A program made the translations under genes and the position numbers. The notes beneath the pieces were generated by a model, which was not told the DNA's origin, did not search any database, and worked only from the letters and a program-made list of their open reading frames with translations. DNA of 64,000 nucleotides, taken from Gnetum montanum. Taxonomy: Eukaryota > Plantae > Gnetophyta. The stretch covers positions 1,703,634 through 1,767,633 of the forward strand of contig MNCI01000556.1 in the NCBI GenBank assembly GCA_015680685.1, in the 5' to 3' direction. This document shows positions 40,500 to 53,100 of this stretch, piece after piece (position 1 is the first letter of the stretch; every line of letters begins with the position of its first letter).

Positions 40500-41569
40500 T
40501 TTTCATTTCATTTTACATTTTCTCTATCATGTGTAATATGCATAATACTGAATATAATGTATATTTAATGTTTTCCAATGCATCTTAGAATGAAATATCA
40601 CAATACTGGATTTAAAAGACTTTGAAAGCTTCCTAATATTAAATATTTTATGTGGTATCTTTTTCATGAAGGTCTTTCCTATTAAACAAAATTTCATGTA
40701 GTTGGGTGTGCCATAACCTAAATATATGATATACAATGAGTTAATGATTTTATTTTTTCCATTCATATTTGGAATTGGGCCTCTATTATTCTTAATGATT
40801 TCTTTCCTAATTGGAAATAAGCTCTTCTTGGAGATTCTCTTTTCATTTCTTAGGTATTTTCTTTCTATTTGGAAGTACTTGCATCTTTGTATTTTATATA
40901 TTATCTTGAAAATTAGATATGATATTTTTTCACAATCATGAAGTCATCCATGATGAATTCACCATGCTTTAAAAGATCAACATTATTCAACTTATGTTTC
41001 AAGTTAATTCTTAAGTTGACAATGCTTTACTAGAGGTTAATAATATTTTTTCGCTAATGGGATCTTAGACTACCAATATTATTAGAAATTTTTAAAATTT
41101 ATGCTTAAGCCTTAATATTTCTCTCTATTGTTTCTTCTGCATATTTTTTTCTTATTTTGGTAGTTAATAAATTATAGAAGCATTTAATGAAAAATGAAAC
41201 TAAATCTTTATTGCTCCTGAAGACTCATAGGATCTATTAGATGAATATTACATTTTCATTAAAAGTAAAGATAGACTCTACAAATTAACTAAGTACCAAT
41301 GGGAGAAATAAAAACATATTATACAAGTTTTTCACTCTAACATTATAATACTATTTCAAATGTGTAGTCACAATATATGAAAGAAGTACTTGTAACTCAT
41401 CTATAAGGGCTCTTGACCTACATAATCAAAAAATATGCTTTTCTTGGAAGAGTTAAATATATCTTTCATTTTAAATCCTAAGATGATGTAAACTTAAGTG
41501 AAGCTTATTGATGATACTTCGATACTTGATTGGAATACTTGCCAAGAGATAGTGATTTTCTACATCAAA
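40500..41569 (-). mobile_element. LINE relics (RT N-terminal part and a 3' end homologous to 31310-31830)
   Basis: 41220-41569 aligns to 31340-31830. Confidence 0.6.
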
Positions 41570-42569
41570 TGTAACATCCTATTCTCAGATGTCATGAAAA
41601 GAATCAAATATATGGTATATTAGACATTATGTGTAAGAAAATAATATACCAAAGATCACATATATGTAACATTCAACTTATTTGTTAAGAAAATAATACA
41701 AAAACTATAGAAGAAAATATGATAGAATTCTTTATTGATGTAGAATAGTGTATTTGGATCATGCTCTGAGAGTTTTCTCTAGGGTTTTCTTTCTTTGACA
41801 TCTATCACTTAGAGTGTTCTATATTTAGTTTTTCTAGGTTATGAAACTATTGATGTTAATATCCATGAAAGACGTTAAGGAGCAAGATAAAACTTTACCA
41901 TCTAGAACATGGTCATCTTGCCATATTTTCTTAATGGATGAACTACAACTACATTCATTGGCCCTTGGATATAAATAAAGAATAGGAAGCTTCTTAACCC
42001 TTATTTTATTTCTTATTTTATCTATTTTTCATTATTTATTTAATTTCTACTCTTTAAATTAGGTAAAAAAAATATTCTCAAGTGATACAAGTTAAGAATA
42101 AGGATTTTTACTACTTTCACTTAGGTAATTAGAAAATACGATATGCACAGACTATAACTAAAAATATATTTGAAAATTAATTTTTTTTTGAATCTCAAAG
42201 TTAGTAGAAAAGCCCCTACTTACAAAGAAATAGTAAATGTATTTTTGAAATTAAAACCTAAAGCTTTACTTACATCGAGATTCCTTTGATTTAAAATTTC
42301 TTTTATAGAATTTTTTTCTTTTAATTTACAACATAATGCTACAAAAACTAATCATGGCAATATCCTTATAACTAAGTTAAGACATCATTGTTAATTTAAG
42401 TTTTAAACCTCTTAATCACCATACCATTTTAATGTAGTAAGTGAAAAGGTCGCATAAATTTAGTCCATGTGAGCTTTATGATAACAAAGGCTAGCTTTCA
42501 AAGTGCATATCATGCATGCTAAAACAAAACCATGTAGGTACACTCCAAGACATGTAGTCAAATTAGAAC

Positions 42570-43320
42570 TTTATACCAATTTAAACATGGATTCTTTATA
42601 AGAGATTGCACTATCATCCATGTTGTGATTTTTGCAATAGGCTAATCTATACAACTCAAAAGAAAAACTTCCACAAAAACCTTTTTGTTTATAAATGCCT
42701 CTATATCTCATCTTCCCCAAGTCTAGTTATTATTAATATAGAAATTTCCAAGGAATGTCTTTTTGTATGCACATGACATCAGTATCCAAATCTTATAACT
42801 CTACTAAGATGCATGGATATGGATACTCATGCTAGTCTGAGGCCCATGTTGGACATAGTGAATGTTGTCTCTAGCTAGCTAGGAATCTTGCAAGCACATT
42901 GTATGTTGAAACTTTCATTCTCATTCTTGGATTCTCTCTTGGGTCATTACACTTTATGGGTATCATACAACTTGTTGTAACGAGATATGACTCCTTATGT
43001 TATTTTGCTATATGATTTGATTGCAAGACTAATTGATATACATCTTCTTAACCATTTTGGTTTACCAACTATCTCGTCAACTAATTCTCCAACTAATCTT
43101 GTTGGTAACAACTAGCTACATTACATAGAATCTTTAGCAAACTTTCTTTCTATTGCCCTTAGAACACTAACTCTAGTATTATAACTAATGTGACACTAGG
43201 GCTTAGGAAGCTAAGACTATTTATCCACATAGGTTAAACACTCAATCTTAAGTTTTAAGAGGTTAAATTTATAATTTTCAACAATTAAATTGGTTGGCAT
43301 AATTAGCTAGTCCATGTTAG
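42570..43320 (-). pseudogene. CCR4: CCR4-type deadenylase pseudogene copy 2 (5' half plus upstream flank)
   Basis: RMKVSTYNVLARFLAS*RQHSLCPTWASD*..CILVEL*DLDTDVMCIQ; nucleotide duplicate of ~26570-27275. Confidence 0.8.
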
Positions 43321-45552
43321 CTAGTCCAAATGAAACGTATTACCACTAGAGATACACTTCATTGGCAACCTAAAATAATTGTTTCTTTTTCCTATTTTTC
43401 AGGTAGATCAGAGGATGATTACTATTTAAACTTAAAATATTTGAAATATAGGTACACTAATAATGAGACATTATCCTAGTGATAAGACCCTTGATCTAGA
43501 AACTCTAAGTCATAGGTTTGATTCTGGTGGGCAATGTTGAGTTATAAAGTTCTATGTAGACTATATATCTTGGAGTGTACCTATGTTTTAGTTATTTCAT
43601 ATTCCAAAACCTAGAGGTCATACTAGTATCAGGTTATAAATTTGGTAATGGTGAGTAATGGAATTTAGATTAAGTGAGATAAAGAAAAGACTAATTATTT
43701 TCTTCCTCTGTTATTGAGTTTGTCCAAAAATTACTTTATATTTTTAACATAATAATAACTTTCAAATATCATTTTCTAGATAATATTTACTAGTTTATTA
43801 TAGATAATCTCATAAGAAGTTTTATCCTTGATTCTACTATTAATAATTCTATTTGTAATACAAGTTACCAAGGTAGACAAACATTACTCCTTAATCATTA
43901 AAACTCTTAAATTTCTGGAATACCAATAGCATGCAAGAAGAATAAGATGCTAAAGAAACCAAACTATAATGTGATAAGATGCATGAAATGCTATAAAATA
44001 CAATAAAACTACAAAACTAAAATACAAAAACCCCTCAAAATTCCAAAATTTCTAGGACTAGAAAACTTAGAATATAATCACCACATACTCTCAAAAAATG
44101 GTAGAGTAAGAGGCTTCATAATCCACACAAGATTATCCTTAATAGTAAGCCAGTGGTACACTCATGATAGAATTTTTTATGAATTATAGAACATGATAAG
44201 CTTGTAGTCTACTTATGATAGAGGATTATATGCAATATAAGTTATGGTGATCTCAAGGTTAAGTTGTGATAGTATTGGTTGCATTTTGTATTGGATGTGA
44301 GTCATAGTTCACTCATGATAGTGTCCATGACCTTGTTGTAAATCATGGTGAGGGAATATTCAAGAGAAATTATTCTTTATTACTATCTCTAAGTTAATTA
44401 TGATTTGTAGTGACACTCCTAATATTAACCATGATGCTACCAAGAGTCATTTTTAATGAAATAATATGAGCTACATGCTACAGTTAAGTTACATTCATGT
44501 TGTGTTCTTTTGGAAAGATAGGGAAGAGAATATAAAGATTAGTTTAATTATTTATGTGTATGTGTAGGATATTGAACCTTTATGATATACTTTGGTACAT
44601 AAATAACTAATGTAGAGTCATGTGATACTAGATTTTTGTGACTACTCATTAAACTATATATTAGAGTATAGTGTGAAGTTTGCTTATGAGGCATATGACT
44701 TAGTTATGTCTATTGACTATTAAGGATTAAGTTAGCCTAGTAATAATTCTTATTAAGTATGTGTAAGACATGAGTTACTTGTGTTGCTTGTTGAAACTTT
44801 AGCCTTACATGATATACATGTTATACTATTTACTTATAATAATTGCTCTATGAGTGAAGTTATAATGAGGCGTCTGAACTAGTTGGTGGTGAGTCATTCT
44901 ATAGAACATTTGATTAGCCCCTACTATGATGTATTAGAGACATTCTTATATGAGGCTTCTTATTGAGAGTGAAAGATCATTGGTGGGAATATTCTTATGA
45001 TTAGTATGTGACATAACTGTCTTAGTTCCTATGGAAAAATCTCTAAAAGGCTAACATTTATGGATCACAGGTTGATGGACACTAGTACTAATTGGAAATT
45101 AAGAAACTAATAAAAAACTTGAAGACATTTAATTACAACCATTCATAACAACTGATGCATATGCTACACTAAGTGTAAATATGCTAGTTTCTATGTAGGT
45201 TATATTTGTATTTAGTATTGCATGCATGGTTCATATTAATGATGATGAACAATTTAGTATTTATGATAGAGTATGATTTTTAGAGCCCATTTATGCACCA
45301 CTCTGCTCTTCTCTCTAGCCTTCTAAACTAGGTGTACTATCTTGCTTTTCTCTCTAGCCTTCTAAACCAAGCTCCAATGCCACTCTCAACCTCTAAAGCT
45401 ATGCATAGCTAGCCTTAGATGAAAGAAACAAAACAAACAACAAAATAGAGGCAAATATAGGAAACTCAATTTCACTCTTTTATTCAACTAATAATGGCAT
45501 TTAAATAGGAAAATACATCAATAGAAAATAGAAATTGAATCCTAATATGAAG

Positions 45553-45664
45553 CAACTTCTATAATGGTCAACCCTTCAAATTCTATAATGGTTGACCCTT
45601 TAACCTTTATAATGCCCAACCATTTAACTTCTATAATGACCGATCCTTCAACTTTTGTAATGGT
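45553..45664. repeat. 24-bp tandem repeat (~4.7 copies) inside a probable LTR remnant ending ctcatca at 45680
   Basis: Units of caacttctataatggtcaaccctt start at 45553, 45577, 45601, 45625 and 45649. Confidence 0.85.
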
Positions 45665-45680
45665 AAATTGGTCCTCATCA

Positions 45681-48600
45681 GGAAATTAGTTTGATAAGGG
45701 TTCTATGTGCTTGTCTATATCTCATTTTAACCTTGATATATGATTAGCTACAATGTTTTCTATCCCTTTTTTATCAACCATTATGATGTAAAACTCTTGA
45801 ATAATCACAAGTCATCTTATCACTCTAGGACTGACCATTGGCTTGTTCATTAAAAATTGGATGGCACTATGGTTTGTGTGAACATAGATCTAGTAACCAA
45901 GCACATAATATCTAAATTTTTCAATTGCATACATCATATCTATCTACTTCTTTTTAGTTTTGGTATAGTTTAATTATGTTCCAATGATGCTCCTACTAGC
46001 ACAATATATGTAGTACAGTATCTTTTGATCATGAAGTTATGTTAATACTACACCAAGTGCATAGTTGGATGGATCAGTCATGATATGAAAACACCTTGAC
46101 CAATCCAAAGCTTGAAGGATTAGTGTGTCAACTAACTTCTATTTTAAACTTTTAAATGCCTTTTCACATAACTCAGTCCACTCAAAAGGTGATCCTTCTT
46201 TGTGAGCTCTACTAGTGGTTTGGCTATTTTCAAGAGCTTTTCAGTAAATCTTCTATAGTATCTCATATGGTCCAAAAAGGATCTTACAACTTTTACTTTC
46301 TATAGCCTTTGAGTGATATTTTGGATGACTAATTTTCTTAGGATTTGCCTCTATACCCTTTTGGGAGATTTTGTGTCCTAATACTATGCCTTCTTGGATA
46401 ATAAGATGGCTCTTCTACCAATTGATGATTATATTAATTTCAACACATCTTTTAAGTACTTTCTCCAAATGGTCCAAGGCTTGTTTGAAATCCAACCATT
46501 ATGTCAAGAAATCATCCATGAATATTCAAAACCATTGCCTATTTGCTTTTGGAAAATGCTTGAAACTAGTCTCTGGAAGGTTTTTGGCATACTACATAGA
46601 TCAAAAGGCATCTTTCTATAAGAAAATGTTTCCCACTAGTGAACATGGTTTTATCTTGGTCCTCTAATGTAATGCAGATTTGATTGTATCCACTATACCC
46701 ATCTAGAAAAATCTAGTACTCATGTCCTAAAATTATGTCCATAACTCGATTAACAAATTATGTAGTGCTTTCTAGTTAAGGTTGTGATTGCAAGTTCCCC
46801 TACATAATAGGAGGTGGCACTAGAGTCATAGGACTAAACTGTTGAGTAGAAGGTTCAACTGTTGGTAGATGAACATATAAGTTGAAATCTATCCTTGGTG
46901 GTGTTAATCTATGGTATTCTGGTGAATAATTCTATGTGGTTTGAATAGTTGCATGATCAGGCGAAACTAGATGCTAAACATAGTATCCATAAGGATCAAG
47001 CTATCAATATGGATACTATTAGCATGGTGATGGCATGGCCCATGATTGCAATTATTGCCACTAGTAATGATAGTGATCTTGCAATTGTGATAAGGCTCCA
47101 CTTGGATAGTATGTTGGGCATAGTTACCATGAGGATAAGATAATTGTTTGGGCATTTCCTTTTGAAAAAAATCATGGGTTAAGTGTGTTTGCTCCCATTT
47201 TTTGTAGATTTACTATGACTAGACAACATCCCTTAGGATGTTTGTATTGGGAAATGGTGCAACCTTTATCATCTATGGAGCTAGTGTTCAAGTACTGAGC
47301 TACTAAAGAAACTTTGTCCTTTTGTTTGAATTCCTTCTTCTTTTTATCTCTACCTCTAGCAAGCACTTGTTCTACTTTCTCCTTCATAATCTTTAGTGTT
47401 GTTGTACATCATTCATCTATTGAATCCCATGTTTTTATTACTTGTGTTGCTATATCGGCAATAGATTTCTAAATTGGTGACATCTCTTTCTTGATGACTT
47501 GATTCAAGGTTTCTTCCTCTTGGTTATCTCAAACCCATGCATCTCTTTTTTAACTTGATGGATCCATGTTGTATTCTTCAACTGATTCCCTTTCTTGAGT
47601 TCTCCTTTTTCTTTTGCCACTTGATTGATGAGTCTTTGAATCCAATGGATAGTTAATTCTCATAGTCTTCCTCAGGCATAAACCCCAAGGGTCTCTCTTG
47701 TTTTGTGTTTTAGCCCATCTATGATGTGCCTTAGTTGTTTCTTTGATGAAAATGCATGGCCTAAGCATCTATGTGATAGTGAATAATATTTTCCCATTGT
47801 TGCATCAAGGGTCTTAAGATTCCCTTATTTTCAATTTTGGATTTACTTCCTTAGGTTCAAAATTCATAAATATGTTTGATATTTTTCATTAAAAATTTTA
47901 GGCATGGTACTCTAGCATTTGATGGATTCAAGTTCTAGTGACCTATACTAGCTTTCTACTTCCTTCACAAGTGTTCGAAGAAATAGCTTTAATTTCTACC
48001 AATCATTGTCTATTTCTTAAAGGGAACAAGCATTGTGGAATGCTCAAAGGTGATGCTGAGGATCAACATTGTAACCTCCTTCAAATCTGGGCATGTTATT
48101 CATATCTATCCATTTAATTTGGTTTTCTCTCACATGCCTAGTTGGTATGTAGACTAATTCCTGAATGTTGATCATGTTCTAGGTTTCCATAAGTGGTTCA
48201 TCATCATGATCAGGTTCATAGGTTCTATGGTAGTGGTGACCCCTTCTATGCCCATTCCTCTTTTGATCCTCTCTTCTATCTCTATGCCTTCTTCTTTCAT
48301 ACTCCTCATTTTCTAAATTAGAATACCTTGAGTATCAGTCATGATGACCATGAACTCTTCTATTTTCCCTATCAAAGTCTCAATACTTATGTTGTCTTCT
48401 ATCATAGTCCTCTAATTATCATGATGAAGTAGAGGTTGTTGTAAAAGAATAATGCTAACTAGTTCTTCCTTCATGACTCTTGTGAGATTCCTTGAAGGAC
48501 TTAGTAGGATCCCTTGGTCTAGAGTCCCACTTGTATCTTGAGTTAGTAGCCTCCCCCTTGTGTGTCTCTACTAGGGTAGAGTGAAGTTAGGCTTTGACAA

Positions 48601-50093
48601 GTTCTTCTAGTCTAATGATAGGTGTCTTTTATGGCTCCTCATGGTTCTAGTGGAGTTGTTCCAAAAATGAACTAATTAGCTTTAAGATATTTTGTGATAA
48701 CAAATGTGTTGGCTTGCTTTCCTTTGGTATGAAAATGTTTGACCTCCATAGAAGCATCTCTCTGTATCTACTCCCTTATGGGTTCATAGGGTTTGGTCAT
48801 GTGATGATTCACATGATACCCTTCTCCAATCTAGTCCAAGTGCATTCCTCTTAGAGTAGTTTGTAGCATGTTTAGTGCTGCATGTTTGGGAGGTAGGACT
48901 ATGTTGCCTTGCATGTCTCTCCACCTCATTTTTTTGTCTTGATGAAATATGAAGGTAAATTTTGGATGGTATGGATCAATGTGAGCATAAGTAATATGTG
49001 TCTACATTGGCATTCCTAAGTCTTCTTTATCAACAATTTTGTCACTACACCTTCTCATTTCCTTGGCAAGTGATAGTTGATCATTATGTGAAGCCATGTT
49101 ATCATGTCTTGAAGGTTTCTGTTAAGTGTGCTTTATATTAAGGTTGTGAAGATTAGAGTTAGGTTTTGATACAATGAAATTTGCAAATTTAATTAGTTAG
49201 TATAATATTGACTTATCTCCAATAGTGGTACCAATGATAAGTGGTGGAGTATCCAACACCCATCCATATGAGATATGAGTGTTCAAGTGTAATCCTAGTC
49301 AAATTTTGTAGATAAGACAATATGATTATACCAATAATTGATTAGTGTTTTTGATCATTATCTTCCCACATGAGTTAGTAAAATCAATGTGTATGATATT
49401 GATGTTGCATTGGCCATTAAGCTCCTAGTAAACATGAAGTAAAAGTAAAGGTTTCTAAATCTAATTGATAGTAAAACAAATCTAAACTAGCCTATGCAAT
49501 GAATAGTCGGTCCTGATCTTTTGGTCACACCTTAGACTTCATGCAAGTACTATTGGGATTACCAAGTACCTCATAACTAGGTGTATCAAGTGATAATACT
49601 CCTAGGTTACTAAGTAGTTACACTTATGTGTTGGAGATCAATCGTACTCATTCTTCTTAACAACACTAAAAGTAAATTACAAGTAACCATAAACATTAAC
49701 TATGAAAGTAGTTAACAATAAACTAATTATAAACAAAAATAAAACTAAGTGTTGTTGCAATTATGTAGAGTAATCTCAATCTTTATTGCCAATCATGTAA
49801 TGCATGCAAGCACATCACACTCAAATAAAGATTTCACTCAATTACGAAACATCAAACTATGGGCACACACTACTAAGTACTAAATTCAAGAAAAAAAACT
49901 AAAAGAGTTCTATTATTAGGCTATCAAATCTACTACAAATCTGTGTGCCTAAGTGTTGCTTATATAGGCTGGCACACACCCCACGATATTGTTTATGTGA
50001 TAATGTATGCTAAGATATGATAATGTATCTACAAAATTGTAGAGATGATATCGTAACTATGATATCATTACCTCAATATTTTTGGATTTATCA
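45681..50093 (-). mobile_element. Athila-like element D: 5' LTR 49235-50093, PBS, gag, RT-RNase H (protease region deleted, integrase missing)
   Basis: PBS rc tctccaatagtggtacca at 49216-49233 (decayed TGGCGCCGTTGCCGGGGA type). gag ~46800-48400. RT FLDGYSGYNQI, MPFDLC, FMDDF; RNase H MTDPSNYALG, HTNHSAI, KGIENIVANHISR. Confidence 0.88.
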
Positions 50094-50103
50094 ACATAAG
50101 ATA

Positions 50104-53100
50104 TATAGTAATATATATTCTTCTCTTTTGTTACAAATGATTTTAGATTTTTATATATAACAAATATTTTAGATTGCATTTGTAGTAGATTCTTAGAATA
50201 AGCAATGAAGTCAAAAAAACAATATTTTTTGCTATAACACAAAGAGTTGAGTAGCCACATCATCTTTATCAAATTTACAAAAAATGTTTTTTAAAAAAAG
50301 GTAAAACAAATACTTAATTTCAATTCTTCTATACTCTTTTACTATCTCTTGACAAAAAGAACATATAAACATGTCACTTTTATCATGAAATCTCATCCAA
50401 ATGAACCACATTAGGATCAAAAGAAAAATTTTCCTATGGTAAATTTTTACTTGTTTTGTACAATCTGAATTGCATGTTTTATTTTTAAAATTTTAAGGAT
50501 GTTTTTTTATCTCAAGATAGATTTGTTGAGATGCATTGATTGTTCTTATGGTATTTTTTAGATTATCGATTGGTTTTTGTGAAGATGCTAAAGAAAATCG
50601 AATTAAGGAAAAGGTTGAAGAAGGTGAGTTCACTTGCTATTTTTTTTCTAAAATCTTTTTCTTTCTAGATTTCTGACCTTATTTTGATTTGAATATTTAT
50701 TATATCATCTCTATGTTACCTCTCATTTTCTATGGCACATACAAATGAAGGTGTTTCTTTTTCTCCTTAAATTTGATATGGGAAATTTCTTATTTTTAAT
50801 CTTGTTTTTTTTTTTTTAGACTATTGTTATGCTACTCAAAAGCTATCAATGCCTATGTTCTAAATGGGAATGTTTAAAATGATTTCTTGATATTCTAATA
50901 TGGTTATATTGCTTCTAGTGTTATGAGATTGGCATATTTTGAATGTTTGATTTAATTTATAGTGCCATCATAATTCTAGCTACAAACATTAAGTGTTTGT
51001 TCATCATAGGCACTGCATCCACAAAGTAGAAATTATGTAGTTGTGAGTAGGAAGGAAGAGATTGATTCACACTGAGTAGGTGTTTCACTTGAATTTTTAA
51101 AATACAAAATATGATTGAAAACTATTTAGGAGATATTTGCAGCTATTTTTTATACTATGCTATATTTTTATGTGTTTTTCATTTTTCAACTACATTTGCT
51201 AGCACTTTTGTTTATTTTGTATGTACACAGAATTGTAAAAGCTAGATTTCAAGTTACTTCCCTTGGGATCTTAGAACAACTGCAAAGCTTATAGTAATAT
51301 GTGTCCTATGAATTAGTTACATTACTTTTTTCACTATAGTGTATGATTCCTCCCAATATTTAGAAATAAATTTGTCATGTTGATTCTTCCCAATATTTCT
51401 AGCTATAAATTTCTGCAATGTTGATTGCTTCTAATATTTACAATTTAAACTTGCTAGGTTTCTTAATCTAGTTTTAGTAATCTAATAGATGATCTAATTC
51501 CTATACATGATTTCAAAATGTACTAAATGTCACAAAATTTAAAAACCAAAATGCACTTAAAGACATGTTGATTATGCCAATTAGTCCTTATGGATAGCAC
51601 CTATCAATCATATTTTCTATCACATATCAAAGATATATTGTAAGTATGTTAGATAATAAATTTTTAAAATATTTATTTTGGATTTTTAACTAAAGAATAT
51701 TGTTCTTAAATTGAAAGTGCACATAGTAGTTTTCATATGATAAAATATAAAATAAATTTGAACTAATATTTTCCTACAAGCCATAATCTTTATAGATAGG
51801 AAAAAAAAGGACAACATCATTGCATGATGAATACAACTATAAATTTTATAATAATATGTACCATATAAATTAGTTACATGACCTTTTATAGCTAGAGTGA
51901 ATACTTCCTTCCAATATTTAGTAATTAATTTTTGCATGCTAAATCCTCCTGATATTTTGAGCTATATGTTTTTACAGTTCCTCCTAATATTTAGAAATGT
52001 GGTCAAACATATTATTGAGTATAACCTACTTTATATGATACTATATCACATAGGGCATCACTTGTATAAATAAAATTATTCATTGATGAACATAAAAAAC
52101 ATTATTAACAATTTGACTTGAATGAAAAGCTACAAGAATTTTATAGTGATTCTTTAAAACAAGAATCTCTAATTTTGCAACAACAAGACACTTTAGTAAG
52201 AAATTTCCAAATGCATAAGATACAACTAGTACACTCTTGACACTTCATGTACCTATAAGCAACCTGATATAATGTTATTGCATATCATGTAATCAAGTTT
52301 GAGCTATCTTGACAAATAACTAATAGAGGAGCTTCTAAAGTAAAAGCAAAAAAATTCATAAGAGAATAGTGAGATTCATGGATTTATTTACAATATTTAA
52401 ACATTCTATTTATAGCTATTCACCCTATAATTTTTTTCAACTTGTCTAGATGTTGTAATTATTATTCAATTCTATTCTCTTTAACAAGTAGGTTACAAAG
52501 AATTATGTGTTCCATGATCATTAAAATTTTATATTTTTAAAATGAAGGAGACTTTTTGAGATTATGCTTGGGCTATAATATTTCAAAATCTAGCAAGTGC
52601 AATTTTTAATCAAGAGAATTTAGAATAGAAAGTTAGGAAGAACCATCCTTTGCTTGGATTCTTTATTATTAAGTTTAAGATTTTGTAAAAGGTGAAACAA
52701 ATAATCTCATGCATCATATTAGCTTTTCTATAAGAGATCACATGAATCAAACTTGTAAAGAAGAAGATACATGTCATGCTAATCATCATGTGAAAAAAAA
52801 AGAGAGTATTTTCTTTATAATTTTGATTTATCTATTTTTCTACTTTAAATATCTAAATTTTTTAAATTATTTATCAATATTTTAAAATTTTATTTATTAT
52901 ATCATTGTAGTTGTTGGTGTTGTTATGGCCCATAAGATAAGATAGTAGTTAAGAAGAAGAATACTAAATCTCAACACAAATCCCACAAAAGAGGATGTCA
53001 ATATCATTTTATAGTTCAAAGAGTGAAAATAGATACTAGTCTTGCCATTATTTTTTATATGGAAAGAAAACAAGTTAATAAATCTAAAGAAATATGTCAT

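Noticed and set aside
45553-45664. Short tandem repeats (also 59996-60109, 62730-62802) as CRISPR arrays
   Set aside because: No unique spacers, no cas genes, eukaryotic TE context.
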